A DNA stretch of 55,143 bases from a virus (IMGVR_UViG_3300033153_005039:1-55143), one strand, 5' to 3'; shown: positions 1 to 8,183, numbered from the stretch's first letter. Numbers and translations: made by a program. The notes: a model not told the origin generated them from the sequence alone.

Positions 1-37
1 GGAGGCAAGGGTGAGGATATTGACGGTAAGTTAGTGG
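1..37. repeat. 37-bp terminal repeat identical to 55107-55143 (circular assembly overlap)
   Basis: ggaggcaagggtgaggatattgacggtaagttagtgg occurs at both ends, and the DnaB frame continues across the junction. Confidence 0.97.
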
Positions 38-189
38 ACTTTGATGATTTTGAAATAGAACTCATGCAGGCGAAAGATCGGACTGGCGGTACGGGATCGG
101 CCCTGTTCAACTTCAACCGCCCTACCGGGATATTCACTGAGATAAACACACCGCCGATTGGCGACGAAAACGAGAGGATGATAACATGA
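1..189 (+). CDS. dnaB: C-terminal end of DnaB-like replicative helicase (continues from 53901 across the circular junction)
   Basis: Frame 1 reads GGKGEDIDG...ELMQAKDRTGGTGSALFNF...TGA, which resembles the DnaB H4 motif K-x-R-x-G-x-x-G; in frame with the 53901 ORF. Confidence 0.9.
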   Translation, partial: GGKGEDIDGKLVDFDDFEIELMQAKDRTGGTGSALFNFNRPTGIFTEINTPPIGDENERMIT

Positions 190-821
190 CATTTACAAAC
201 ATCAAAGCCAAAGTTAATACCAAGGGCAAAAAGCAGGTGCCTCTACTTGGTCCGCTGTTATTCGATGTTCGCGACTGGGGCGACGGCAAGGACAAAGATG
301 CCATGCTGTCAATCGAGACAGCGGTGCTGCAGGCATATTTTGAGGCCATTGATGATCTGAAAGAACGTCTGGGGTTCACCACGTCACGCGAGGATGATAA
401 CGTGACAAACGACGAAATCAACGCAACGCCGACATCGAATCTAACGGACTGCCTGATTGAGCGTATGACCAGTATGATTCACAGTCATCGCATCGACGGC
501 GTACAGCTTGCCGATGTACTCTCGCCACACGACGACGATACGATCACCATCGGACTCAAAAGAACGGAGGATTTGCTGGATGCAATTCTTGGTATGATTG
601 AGTCACACCGGGTACACATCGACAAGGCCAACATGCACGATGAGCTTGTGACGGCGTTGGGAAAGTCGAACGAATCGCTGAGGGCGTGGATGGAAAGCGT
701 CAGGGATGGAGATATCAACCCGCCAGATGATCCGGGTAAGGACGACTGGGACCAGCTTGAATCTCTTGAGAGGACACACGCCCGTGCGAAAGGAGCAACC
801 GATGATAACGATTCAGGCTAA
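186..821 (+). CDS. hypothetical protein (possibly two fused genes; internal RBS and in-frame GTG at 402)
   Basis: ATGA overlap with the dnaB stop and a GAGG RBS; 211-aa ORF. Confidence 0.7.
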   Translation: MTFTNIKAKVNTKGKKQVPLLGPLLFDVRDWGDGKDKDAMLSIETAVLQAYFEAIDDLKERLGFTTSREDDNVTNDEINATPTSNLTDCLIERMTSMIHSHRIDGVQLADVLSPHDDDTITIGLKRTEDLLDAILGMIESHRVHIDKANMHDELVTALGKSNESLRAWMESVRDGDINPPDDPGKDDWDQLESLERTHARAKGATDDNDSG

Positions 822-1008
822 AATCGAAGATGAACACGTGCTAAAAGCATTGAAATTCTGTGGGGTTTACAAATCTCAAGAGAGGGCGACTGGGGGATAT
901 ACCCACCATTGGATAGCGGTATGGGGGGACCATCGCCTTTATGCCGAGGACGAGGCAGGAGCATGGAATCATTTCGACAATCTCAAACGGGATTTCCCGG
1001 ATAAATAA
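802..1008 (+). CDS. hypothetical protein
   Basis: AAAGGAG RBS before ATG 802; flanked by a 20-bp direct repeat. Confidence 0.7.
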   Translation: MITIQAKIEDEHVLKALKFCGVYKSQERATGGYTHHWIAVWGDHRLYAEDEAGAWNHFDNLKRDFPDK

Positions 1009-1020
1009 AAGGAGCAACCG

Positions 1021-1233
1021 ATGATAATTAACCGATTCGACATGACAGACAACATGCACTTTCATTTTTACCATTACGACGATCCGCTTTACCGGAGGTC
1101 GATGTCGTTCGCGTGTTGTGAACTGGCGATTGCCACTAAACATCTTGGGCGCAAGATCGCAAAAGTCATAGTGCCGCCGATAAACAAACTTTTAAAACTG
1201 ACACCGTCCCAGGTTCAGGCGCATGTGCAGTGA
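1021..1233 (+). CDS. hypothetical protein
   Basis: AAAGGAG RBS; tight operon packing. Confidence 0.6.
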   Translation: MIINRFDMTDNMHFHFYHYDDPLYRRSMSFACCELAIATKHLGRKIAKVIVPPINKLLKLTPSQVQAHVQ

Positions 1234-1260
1234 ACTCATGGCACAGGAGGGGCATTACTG

Positions 1261-1455
1261 ATGAGTGAAAAACTGCCATTCAAGCTTATGGAGGACAGAA
1301 TCGACACGTCGGAAGTTGATTGGATGTGTTTTAGCTGCACGTTTATATACAGCTACGGGAACGAATCGTGCCCTAATTGCGGGAGCAAGGACAGGGTTCC
1401 GATTGACGGCAGATGCAGAAAAGAAAGGGAGGGCTTTATTAATGACACCACTTGA
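1261..1455 (+). CDS. small zinc-ribbon protein
   Basis: CFSC...CPNC motifs; GGAGG RBS. Confidence 0.65.
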   Translation: MSEKLPFKLMEDRIDTSEVDWMCFSCTFIYSYGNESCPNCGSKDRVPIDGRCRKEREGFINDTT

Positions 1456-1630
1456 AATCGAAGCCGCGATGGTAGCTGAATATCTCGCCACTCTGAAAGA
1501 ACTCATCTGCAAACACGGTGCGGGTAAGGCATCGCTGATGTTGAGGCTGGAGCAGTTGGAACAGGAAGCCGCCGTCACATACGACAGGCTGCTTAAACAG
1601 GACAGCGAGAAAATGGCGAGAATGAATTGA
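1442..1630 (+). CDS. hypothetical protein
   Basis: GGAGG RBS before ATG 1442; overlaps neighbouring genes. Confidence 0.6.
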   Translation: MTPLEIEAAMVAEYLATLKELICKHGAGKASLMLRLEQLEQEAAVTYDRLLKQDSEKMARMN

Positions 1631-1899
1631 TGTGCCAGCACGGGACACATAAGCGGGTAGAAATCTGCGGTGAGTTCATCGACATCGATGCCTGCATAGC
1701 GGACCAGGTTCAGGTTATCGCTTCACGGGGCATCAGGACGATCCAGTGCTGTTGCGGTCACGGCTCATCTGGTACGGCGATACTCCAGATCAGAGATGGG
1801 CAGGAAGCTTTGATAAAACGGCACGGATACAGATTGGACAGGACGGATGGACCATTCATCTGGCTAACGACACGGCACGATCCCGACGAACTTTACTGA
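1630..1899 (+). CDS. conserved phage hypothetical protein (IDxCIA...GIRT..CCCGHG type)
   Basis: Motif resembles a recurring phage family; TGATG coupling to the upstream gene. Confidence 0.65.
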   Translation: MCQHGTHKRVEICGEFIDIDACIADQVQVIASRGIRTIQCCCGHGSSGTAILQIRDGQEALIKRHGYRLDRTDGPFIWLTTRHDPDELY

Positions 1900-1911
1900 G
1901 GAGATGGAGCG

Positions 1912-2370
1912 ATGAAGAATATTTTCGAGATACATCATCACCGCATATTGCACCCGGTTTATTCGGCTTATTTTATGGGGCAATTCTTAGCATGTGCAGA
2001 GACAGAGAATGCGCTTGCCAAAAGGATACTGGACATGGGGGACGATGGAATATTAATTCCACGAATTTCATGCTCTGTGCCAACCGGGAAACCATTATTG
2101 GCAATCTGTCGGATATCATCAGAGGAATACATGGAGGATTGGAAGTCCCATAGCGCAAATCCAATGCCGCATGTAGACTGGTACAAGGTTAGCCGAATCG
2201 GATTGGACGATTTTACGATTCCAGATTACGGATCGGGGGATTATGAATATATTATTACGCATGGCACTACTAATTCCAAAACCGTTATCAAATACCACGC
2301 ATCGAGCATTTTCGAGATTGTAAAATGCGGTGTTGCCGATTACATGGAACGGCAGAAAGATATGCTATAA
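1912..2370 (+). CDS. hypothetical protein
   Basis: 152-aa ORF with RBS. Confidence 0.6.
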   Translation: MKNIFEIHHHRILHPVYSAYFMGQFLACAETENALAKRILDMGDDGILIPRISCSVPTGKPLLAICRISSEEYMEDWKSHSANPMPHVDWYKVSRIGLDDFTIPDYGSGDYEYIITHGTTNSKTVIKYHASSIFEIVKCGVADYMERQKDML

Positions 2371-2371
2371 T
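2363..2371 (+). promoter_or_regulatory. extended -10 promoter TGcTATAAT
   Basis: Consensus TGn-TATAAT 28 nt upstream of ATG 2399; no -35 seen. Confidence 0.55.
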
Positions 2372-2398
2372 AGTCCAATAAATCTTAAGGAGACAACA

Positions 2399-2839
2399 AT
2401 GAAATATCTACTCGTAGCAGTACTCGCACTGGTTTTGACATTCGCATCGGCATGTTTCAGCACCGTACCGACGGAACCGGAGCCTGTAGATGCGGAGATG
2501 AATACCGCTCTCGACATGATCCCTGACCTGCCGTATGATCTCGATTGCGGTAAGACGATGCGGGACTATTTCAACGTCACATTCTTTGACTCGGAGCGCA
2601 CAGCCCAGGCAGAATTTGAATGGGGCACTGACATGACCCCGGATGAGGTTCGACAATACTTCGCGGTCAAGATCAGCCTCGAAAGTTTTAAACCATATGA
2701 ATGCCTTGTGTACCCGTACTTTCTCGCAGCCATGCACTCACCCACGTTCACCGACGATTCAATCATGATGCTTGTAATGTGGATTGAGATGGGCGGGGAA
2801 GATGTACCGAACGGACCTCCGCCGGAGATGGATTGCTGA
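2399..2839 (+). CDS. secreted or lipoprotein-like protein
   Basis: TAAGGAG RBS; MKYLLVAVLALVLTFASAC signal peptide ending in Cys; acidic mature part. Confidence 0.7.
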   Translation: MKYLLVAVLALVLTFASACFSTVPTEPEPVDAEMNTALDMIPDLPYDLDCGKTMRDYFNVTFFDSERTAQAEFEWGTDMTPDEVRQYFAVKISLESFKPYECLVYPYFLAAMHSPTFTDDSIMMLVMWIEMGGEDVPNGPPPEMDC

Positions 2840-2841
2840 TG

Positions 2842-2980
2842 TGATATAATCAAACGGGGGGCGGTCCTCTCACAACTACCTCCAACCGAAAGCACTGCAC
2901 TGTTCACCCTCGCAATATACCGTCCCCCTTATTTCGTCCTCCTCTCTTTACGCCCCCGGTGACCCGAGCCGGGGGTTTTA
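2842..2980 (+). ncRNA. candidate small RNA with its own extended -10 promoter and terminator
   Basis: TGaTATAAT at 2842-2850; 2856-2865 pairs with 2919-2928; CU-rich loop contains ACCTCC; terminator hairpin at 2952-2980; no plus-strand ORF. Confidence 0.5.
2952..2980 (+). terminator. intrinsic terminator
   Basis: GCCCCCGG/CCGGGGGT stem followed by a T tract. Confidence 0.7.
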
Positions 2981-3005
2981 TGGTACAATCCGGGCAGGAG
3001 CGAAT

Positions 3006-4172
3006 ATGAAGATCGCGACTAAGAAATTATCAGAGCTGAAACCGGCTCAATATAATCCCCGTCAAATCTCAGACACCGCAATGGCAGGACTCCGGGCGAG
3101 TATCGAGCGATTCGGACTCGTGGAGCCCATCGTGTGGAATAAGCAGACTGGGCATATCGTAGGCGGACACCAACGCCTGAAGGTCCTGGAAGAGCAGGGC
3201 GTTAAAAAAACCGAGGTAGTCGTAATCGATATCGCGGAATCAGAGGAACGTGCCCTTAACGTGACGCTGAATAATCCCGGTATCACTGGTGAGTTCACGC
3301 CTGACCTACAGGCAATACTTGGTGATATCAAGCTGGACATCGGCGAGGATGATTTCTGTGACCTGCGTCTCGACGATTTGCTCGATCCAGTGCTGAAGGA
3401 AGGCAAGACTGATCCCGACGACATCCCTGAAGTAACAGAGCCGACAGTCAAGCCCGGTCAGATATGGAAGCTAGGCATGCACCGGGTTATGTGTGGTGAC
3501 TCGACCGACGCGGGAGCTGTGGCGTTGCTTATGGACGGGATGAAGGCTGATATGGTTTTCACTGATCCGCCATATGGTATCGATTATATTCCGAATTATT
3601 CAACATCGAACCGCCCTTATAAGAATTCTGCTATTAAAGGGGATGACAAAGTTGACATATCATGGATTGAGCTATTCGAGGCACCGCGAAGATATGTTTG
3701 CACACGCTGGGATGTATATCCACACTGGCTGACTGCCCTAAGTAATGTTAAAAATTTAATTGTCTGGGATAAAGGTCAAGGTGCGGCGGGCAATGTAAAA
3801 TCATATGCGCCAAGACACGAATTTATAATCTTTACGGCAAGTGATTCAGGGGAAACGCATCGAGACAAAAGGCAGGATAACCTCTGGTTGGTTCCCGGAT
3901 TCGCGCAATTCACAGCAAGAACAAAAGAGGATACATGGGGTGTTCATCCAACGCAGAAGCCGGTTCAGTTAGTCGAGAATGCGATATTAGATAGCTCGCA
4001 TGCAGGAGAAGTCGTCGTGGACCCATTCCTCGGTTCCGGCTCAACCCTGATAGCCTGCGAACGCACCGACCGCGCATGTTATGGAATGGAAATAGATCCC
4101 CACTACTGCGATGTGATAATCAAACGCTGGGAGGATTATACCGGCTACAAGGCCGCACTTGTGGTACAATAA
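3006..4172 (+). CDS. ParB-like N-terminal domain fused to N6/N4 DNA methyltransferase
   Basis: LKPAQYNPRQI...FGLVEPIV..GGHQRL (ParB); FTDPPYG, HPTQKP and DPFLGSGST (beta-class MTase); TGgTACAAT promoter at 2981-2989. Confidence 0.92.
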   Translation: MKIATKKLSELKPAQYNPRQISDTAMAGLRASIERFGLVEPIVWNKQTGHIVGGHQRLKVLEEQGVKKTEVVVIDIAESEERALNVTLNNPGITGEFTPDLQAILGDIKLDIGEDDFCDLRLDDLLDPVLKEGKTDPDDIPEVTEPTVKPGQIWKLGMHRVMCGDSTDAGAVALLMDGMKADMVFTDPPYGIDYIPNYSTSNRPYKNSAIKGDDKVDISWIELFEAPRRYVCTRWDVYPHWLTALSNVKNLIVWDKGQGAAGNVKSYAPRHEFIIFTASDSGETHRDKRQDNLWLVPGFAQFTARTKEDTWGVHPTQKPVQLVENAILDSSHAGEVVVDPFLGSGSTLIACERTDRACYGMEIDPHYCDVIIKRWEDYTGYKAALVVQ

Positions 4173-4177
4173 ACCCG

Positions 4178-4756
4178 ATGGCAGGTAAACCAAAATATGA
4201 CTGGGACAAGATCGAGGCACTCTTTGTAACGGGCGACATGTCGATGAATGATCTCGCGGCATCTGAGGGCGTACCCGTAACAACACTATATACAAACGCA
4301 TCCGACAGAAACTGGACTAAGAAACGACAGGAATACAGGGACTCTCTCAGAGAAGAGCAAATCGAGATCGCCCGGAAGGATGCCATCGATGATAAGTCGA
4401 AGTTCGATACTATGACTGATCGGGCTTGCAACGTGGCGTCGGCAATGGTGGCAAAGAAATTAACCGACGCTCATAACGACCCTAAGAACAAATCGATTAC
4501 CAGTGGCGAGCTCAAGACGATGATGGATACGGTCCGCACGACCCAGGAAATCAAATACCGCCGTCACGATATCCCGGCTCCTAAGCAGCCCATTGAACTC
4601 GAAAGCAAAGATTCATTCATGCGATACCAGGAAATGCTCGCTATGGAGACAGCCAAGCTCAGGGAGCGCGGTAACGGCAACGGTGCCGACGATGAACCGG
4701 AGAAGGAAGAGGGCACATACGTCCCGGTGAAGCTGGAACTGCCAGTACAGAATTAG
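4178..4756 (+). CDS. terS: terminase small subunit (probable)
   Basis: N-terminal HTH KYDWDKIEALFVTG..SMNDLA...GV...TL...W typical of TerS; follows the ParB-MTase. Confidence 0.7.
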   Translation: MAGKPKYDWDKIEALFVTGDMSMNDLAASEGVPVTTLYTNASDRNWTKKRQEYRDSLREEQIEIARKDAIDDKSKFDTMTDRACNVASAMVAKKLTDAHNDPKNKSITSGELKTMMDTVRTTQEIKYRRHDIPAPKQPIELESKDSFMRYQEMLAMETAKLRERGNGNGADDEPEKEEGTYVPVKLELPVQN

Positions 4757-4786
4757 ACCATCTACCCATTTCGGGATTGTTTTAGA

Positions 4787-4819
4787 ATGCCTGGTCACGG
4801 AGGACCGGGTGTTTTTTTT
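4787..4819 (+). terminator. intrinsic terminator after terS
   Basis: ATGCCTGGTC/GACCGGGTGT stem followed by a T tract. Confidence 0.8.
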
Positions 4820-4829
4820 GTCGATAGCA

Positions 4830-4869
4830 TATAAAACCGCTTGACAGTAAGTACAAAGGGGTTTATACT
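4830..4869 (+). promoter_or_regulatory. sigma70-type promoter of the accessory block, with operator-like inverted repeat
   Basis: TTGACA(4841)-17-TATACT(4864); AGTACAAA-gggg-TTTATACT inverted repeat over the -10. Confidence 0.85.
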
Positions 4870-4907
4870 GCCCGTGTGGGCTAAGACCGAACATACAGGA
4901 GGACGTT

Positions 4908-5195
4908 ATGGACAAACTACCAGACGTAATCACAATGGGCAAGAAGTACAAACCCGCAATGGAGATCACCGAGCAGGCCGCAGCCGACGAATACTTTGAG
5001 ATTCTTGTCGAGCACAGCATGCGGGTATCTGAGAATTCCCGCGAGGAAGCAGAGAGCGTCGAACGACAAAATCTTGGATACGTCGCCGGGTTTTACAATC
5101 AGGAAACGATGGATCGCGTTAACCGTTTATTCAGGACAACGCACCCAATATTCGGCGAGACTGCGCCACGCGGCGGTGGCATATTGTCACGATAG
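4908..5195 (+). CDS. hypothetical protein
   Basis: GGAGG RBS; first gene after the promoter. Confidence 0.75.
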   Translation: MDKLPDVITMGKKYKPAMEITEQAAADEYFEILVEHSMRVSENSREEAESVERQNLGYVAGFYNQETMDRVNRLFRTTHPIFGETAPRGGGILSR

Positions 5196-5205
5196 GAGGA
5201 CGTTG

Positions 5206-5424
5206 ATGTCACACGACAAACCGCCACTAGAAAACAAACATCTCAAATCGAGCCCAGGTGATGGCTGGGAATTCTGTACCAACACCGACCGCATGAGCCG
5301 CGGCCTATGCTGGGCACGTGAAGAGTACGGTGATGACTACCGCTACAAGGTGGTCGGCAAGGCTTACGACGATGGCGGGAACCTGATGAAGGGTCGCGTG
5401 TCGATCTGGAGAAAGAAAAAGTAA
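5206..5424 (+). CDS. hypothetical protein
   Basis: GGAGG RBS before ATG 5206. Confidence 0.65.
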   Translation: MSHDKPPLENKHLKSSPGDGWEFCTNTDRMSRGLCWAREEYGDDYRYKVVGKAYDDGGNLMKGRVSIWRKKK

Positions 5425-5436
5425 AGGGAGGATGCG

Positions 5437-5685
5437 ATGAATATTTATCTGATATCGCAGGGAGTAAATGACGATTATGACACCTATGATTCAGCCGTGG
5501 TGATTGCCGCAACGCTTGACGATGCGCAATTAATGCATCCAGAAGGTGCCCAATGGCGTGATGGTAGATGGAGTAGGGGCGGAAATACCTGGGCACCGCC
5601 TGAAAAAGTGGCTGCTCAGATGATTGGAACTGCTGGCCCGAATGACACGCCAAACGTTATATGCGCCAGTTTTAATGCAGGGTGA
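5437..5685 (+). CDS. conserved phage hypothetical protein (YDTYDSAVVIA...VICASFNAG)
   Basis: GGAGG RBS; motif resembles a recurring phage family. Confidence 0.75.
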   Translation: MNIYLISQGVNDDYDTYDSAVVIAATLDDAQLMHPEGAQWRDGRWSRGGNTWAPPEKVAAQMIGTAGPNDTPNVICASFNAG

Positions 5686-5689
5686 CATC

Positions 5690-5872
5690 GTGAAAGATAA
5701 AATCAAATCAGCCAGGATCAAAGCCGGGTGGACGCAACAGAAACTTGCTGACGAGGCCGGTACGACCAAGCAGACCGTGAGCAACATCGAGACGGGCAGG
5801 TTCTCGCCAACGATGACGACGATAAAGAAGATCGGCAAGGCTCTCGATATGGACTGGCGCGATTTGGTATAA
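5690..5872 (+). CDS. XRE/Cro-family HTH transcriptional regulator
   Basis: IKSARIKAGWTQQKLADEAGTTKQTVSNIETGRFSP...IGKALD. Confidence 0.92.
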   Translation: MKDKIKSARIKAGWTQQKLADEAGTTKQTVSNIETGRFSPTMTTIKKIGKALDMDWRDLV

Positions 5873-5890
5873 TCACATAAGGAGAATATC

Positions 5891-6055
5891 ATGACCAATG
5901 ACCAGAATAATCAGGGACGAATGCCGGGCGGTACAGGACAGGGGCCGGATGGTATTTGCACATGTCCGGTATGCGGGAATATTGAGTCGCACGTAACGGG
6001 GCAGCCATGTAATCAGAGAAAATGCCCTGCATGTGGCGCGACGATGACCAGGTAA
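5891..6055 (+). CDS. 54-aa Cys-rich metal-binding protein (not in ORF track)
   Basis: GPDGICTCPVCGNIESHVTGQPCNQRKCPACGATMTR; TAAGGAG RBS; TGgTATAAT at 5865-5873. Confidence 0.8.
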   Translation: MTNDQNNQGRMPGGTGQGPDGICTCPVCGNIESHVTGQPCNQRKCPACGATMTR

Positions 6056-6069
6056 AGGGAGCGTGAGAG

Positions 6070-6243
6070 ATGAAATATTTAATTCCAAGTGGCTACACAG
6101 TATCATTTGCTGCTGGCGGCATGGTCTATCATATCTGGATTCTTTACGGGCGAGCACCCGTAACATGGCTCATGGCTATTGGCGTAATCACAATCATGTT
6201 TCTGATTGCAAGTACTTGTGACCGTTACAGGAAAGGAGCGTGA
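6070..6243 (+). CDS. small membrane protein (57 aa, not in ORF track)
   Basis: GGAGCGT RBS; two hydrophobic segments. Confidence 0.6.
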   Translation: MKYLIPSGYTVSFAAGGMVYHIWILYGRAPVTWLMAIGVITIMFLIASTCDRYRKGA

Positions 6244-6246
6244 GTG

Positions 6247-6660
6247 ATGAACGATAAGAAAAAAATATCACCCACGCCTTGGGAGATCGTGTTTGACAAT
6301 GCAGCCGAAGAATACAGACTGAAAGATGCTGATGGAAACTATATCGATGCCGGCTGTACAATAACACTAGCATGGGAGCAGATAGTTAACGCCGTCAACT
6401 CCCCTGATGGTTTTAAAGACGAAATTAGGAAAGCCAACCGCGAATACAAGGAAGAAAACACAAACCTCGAAACTGAAGTTAGGAATGCCTACGATATTAT
6501 CGAGGGGCTTATCTCGGTAATTGATGAAACAATTGAGACGTTAAAGGGGAGGCATCCTGCTGATGTCACGGCAAGAGAGGCGGCACTAAACTATCTTGAA
6601 GCCCGTTATTACCGAGTCGATGAGGCGAATGAAATCATCAAACCAAAGGACGAATCATGA
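6247..6660 (+). CDS. hypothetical protein
   Basis: GGAGCGT RBS; TPWEI N-terminus and coiled-coil C-terminus. Confidence 0.7.
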   Translation: MNDKKKISPTPWEIVFDNAAEEYRLKDADGNYIDAGCTITLAWEQIVNAVNSPDGFKDEIRKANREYKEENTNLETEVRNAYDIIEGLISVIDETIETLKGRHPADVTAREAALNYLEARYYRVDEANEIIKPKDES

Positions 6661-6797
6661 AACAACACAGACCCGATAACATTGCCACCTGCCCCAAATG
6701 CGGGAAGCTTCACAGAGTCAAGCGCAACAGGACGGGCACGGTTCGCTGCATGTGCAAGGCGATATTCAGGATTTGGAAGGGGCGACGGTATGAGTGA
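6657..6797 (+). CDS. small zinc-finger protein (46 aa, not in ORF track)
   Basis: ATGA overlap; CPKC...CMC. Confidence 0.5.
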   Translation: MKQHRPDNIATCPKCGKLHRVKRNRTGTVRCMCKAIFRIWKGRRYE

Positions 6798-6957
6798 ACC
6801 ATTGATATTTAAAAAAGCCATGTTGATTATCGGCGACACCGCTATTCCAGTAACCGATGTCGTGATTACATTATACGAGCCAGCCTGGTACGTGCTGGAT
6901 TTCGACGATATTCACATGGGGATGATCTTTGATGATTTGGGTGCAAGCCATGACTGA
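6790..6957 (+). CDS. hypothetical protein
   Basis: Operon packing. Confidence 0.45.
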   Translation: MSEPLIFKKAMLIIGDTAIPVTDVVITLYEPAWYVLDFDDIHMGMIFDDLGASHD

Positions 6958-7291
6958 ACAGGACTAGAGCGATTACAAGCGATGGAGGGCGATCTACGGG
7001 GAGCCTGAACAGGTGCATTTTTTTGGAAGCTATAAGATTGCGACATTCCCCAACGGAGCCAGGTTCAAGATGTATTGGGCATTGGGCACGTTTTGCCGTG
7101 GGCGAATTATGGGAGTGTTCCCTGATGGCAGGATTAATTATCAGCCATACGAGTATGGGTTTGATGATTTGGAACTATGCGATGCTTGCCTTGAGAAACT
7201 TAAAAAGTACGGCGACGACTTTTCGATACGCACTGTGGAGAAGATTTCTCAAGGAGCGGGAGGGGGAGTAGGATGCAGTGGTGGCATATAA
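6950..7291 (+). pseudogene. gene interrupted by in-frame TAG at codon 6 (6965-6967); N-terminus paralogous to 7379..7654
   Basis: MTEQD*SDYKRWRAIYGEPE aligns with MTKSDWSHYRLWHGIYGEPE, with TAG where the paralog has TGG. Confidence 0.65.
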
Positions 7292-7378
7292 TCATAATCT
7301 GCCTGTTTTTCGGCATAGTGCTATATTATCTCTGTCGCGCCCACGAATACAACATCGGTGCAAGAGGATGGTGGACAG

Positions 7379-7654
7379 ATGACTAAATCAGATTGGTCCC
7401 ACTATCGGCTATGGCACGGGATTTACGGGGAGCCGGAACTAAGCGATGTCCCTGATATTTTCTGGCACATTCATTGGCGCGCGGGACTAGCCTTGTTAAT
7501 ACACGGAATAAACAAAAGTTATTATGTCGGTTCATATCCAGGTGAAGCAATATACATGGGCTTCGTCATTGATGATGGACCATTCGAGCCCTTGTGGAGA
7601 ATATTTGATATGACGGAGAACACAGTCACGTGGAGGGCAGCTAATGGACAATGA
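7379..7654 (+). CDS. hypothetical protein
   Basis: Shares the W..Y..W..IYGEPE N-terminus with the 6950 gene. Confidence 0.65.
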   Translation: MTKSDWSHYRLWHGIYGEPELSDVPDIFWHIHWRAGLALLIHGINKSYYVGSYPGEAIYMGFVIDDGPFEPLWRIFDMTENTVTWRAANGQ

Positions 7655-7898
7655 ACCGATCCCCGACGATATCATGCACCTGATAGACGAGATCGGGCAC
7701 ACGTCGGAAGCCGTGGTCATCCTTGAGGCCGTGGTCGAGTATGCACTACTCGTTGATCTGGCCACTGATGAACTCAACTGGAAGCTGTTCAACATCATGA
7801 ACGAGATGGATGATCTCAGTCCGGGCTTACAGGACTGGCTCGATCAGCGGAAGGAATTACTGGACGATGGAGGACAGGATGAAACCGATACCGATTAA
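7644..7898 (+). CDS. acidic hypothetical protein
   Basis: GGAGG RBS. Confidence 0.65.
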   Translation: MDNEPIPDDIMHLIDEIGHTSEAVVILEAVVEYALLVDLATDELNWKLFNIMNEMDDLSPGLQDWLDQRKELLDDGGQDETDTD

Positions 7899-8046
7899 CG
7901 TTGTGAACTGGGCAGACCTATTTGAACATCTACCTGAGATAACAGACGAGATGATTCATGACTGGGCTTTTTTCCGGGCATTCATGTGGCTGATAAGTGA
8001 AAAGGGACATTATTTAAAACCCGGAGAAAAGCCAGATTATCCATGA
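7879..8046 (+). CDS. hypothetical protein
   Basis: GGAGG RBS before ATG 7879. Confidence 0.55.
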   Translation: MKPIPINVVNWADLFEHLPEITDEMIHDWAFFRAFMWLISEKGHYLKPGEKPDYP

Positions 8047-8183
8047 CCTGTGACAACTGCAATGCGCCGATCAAACACAGTCAGGCTACCGGGCTGGGTG
8101 ACGGCTACTGGATGGTGTACGACAAGGAAACAGATAAGTGGCGACGGCTCTGCCAGGTCTGCTACGAGGAGCGTAAAGGATGA
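8043..8183 (+). CDS. small zinc-finger protein (46 aa, not in ORF track)
   Basis: MTCDNC...LCQVCYEE; ATGA overlaps at both ends. Confidence 0.6.
   Translation: MTCDNCNAPIKHSQATGLGDGYWMVYDKETDKWRRLCQVCYEERKG

Noticed and set aside
1-37. Terminal repeat as a biological direct terminal repeat or att site
   Set aside because: It falls in the middle of dnaB and the frame reads through it, so it is best explained as the assembler's circular overlap.
6965-6967. Genome-wide TAG reassignment
   Set aside because: TAG is a real stop elsewhere (4756 before a terminator; 5195, 30147 and 50323 before the next RBS), long genes are uninterrupted, and no suppressor tRNA was seen.
7319-7327. TGCTATATT extended -10
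   Set aside because: It lies within a probable 37-aa hydrophobic ORF (7273-7386) and has no suitably placed start.
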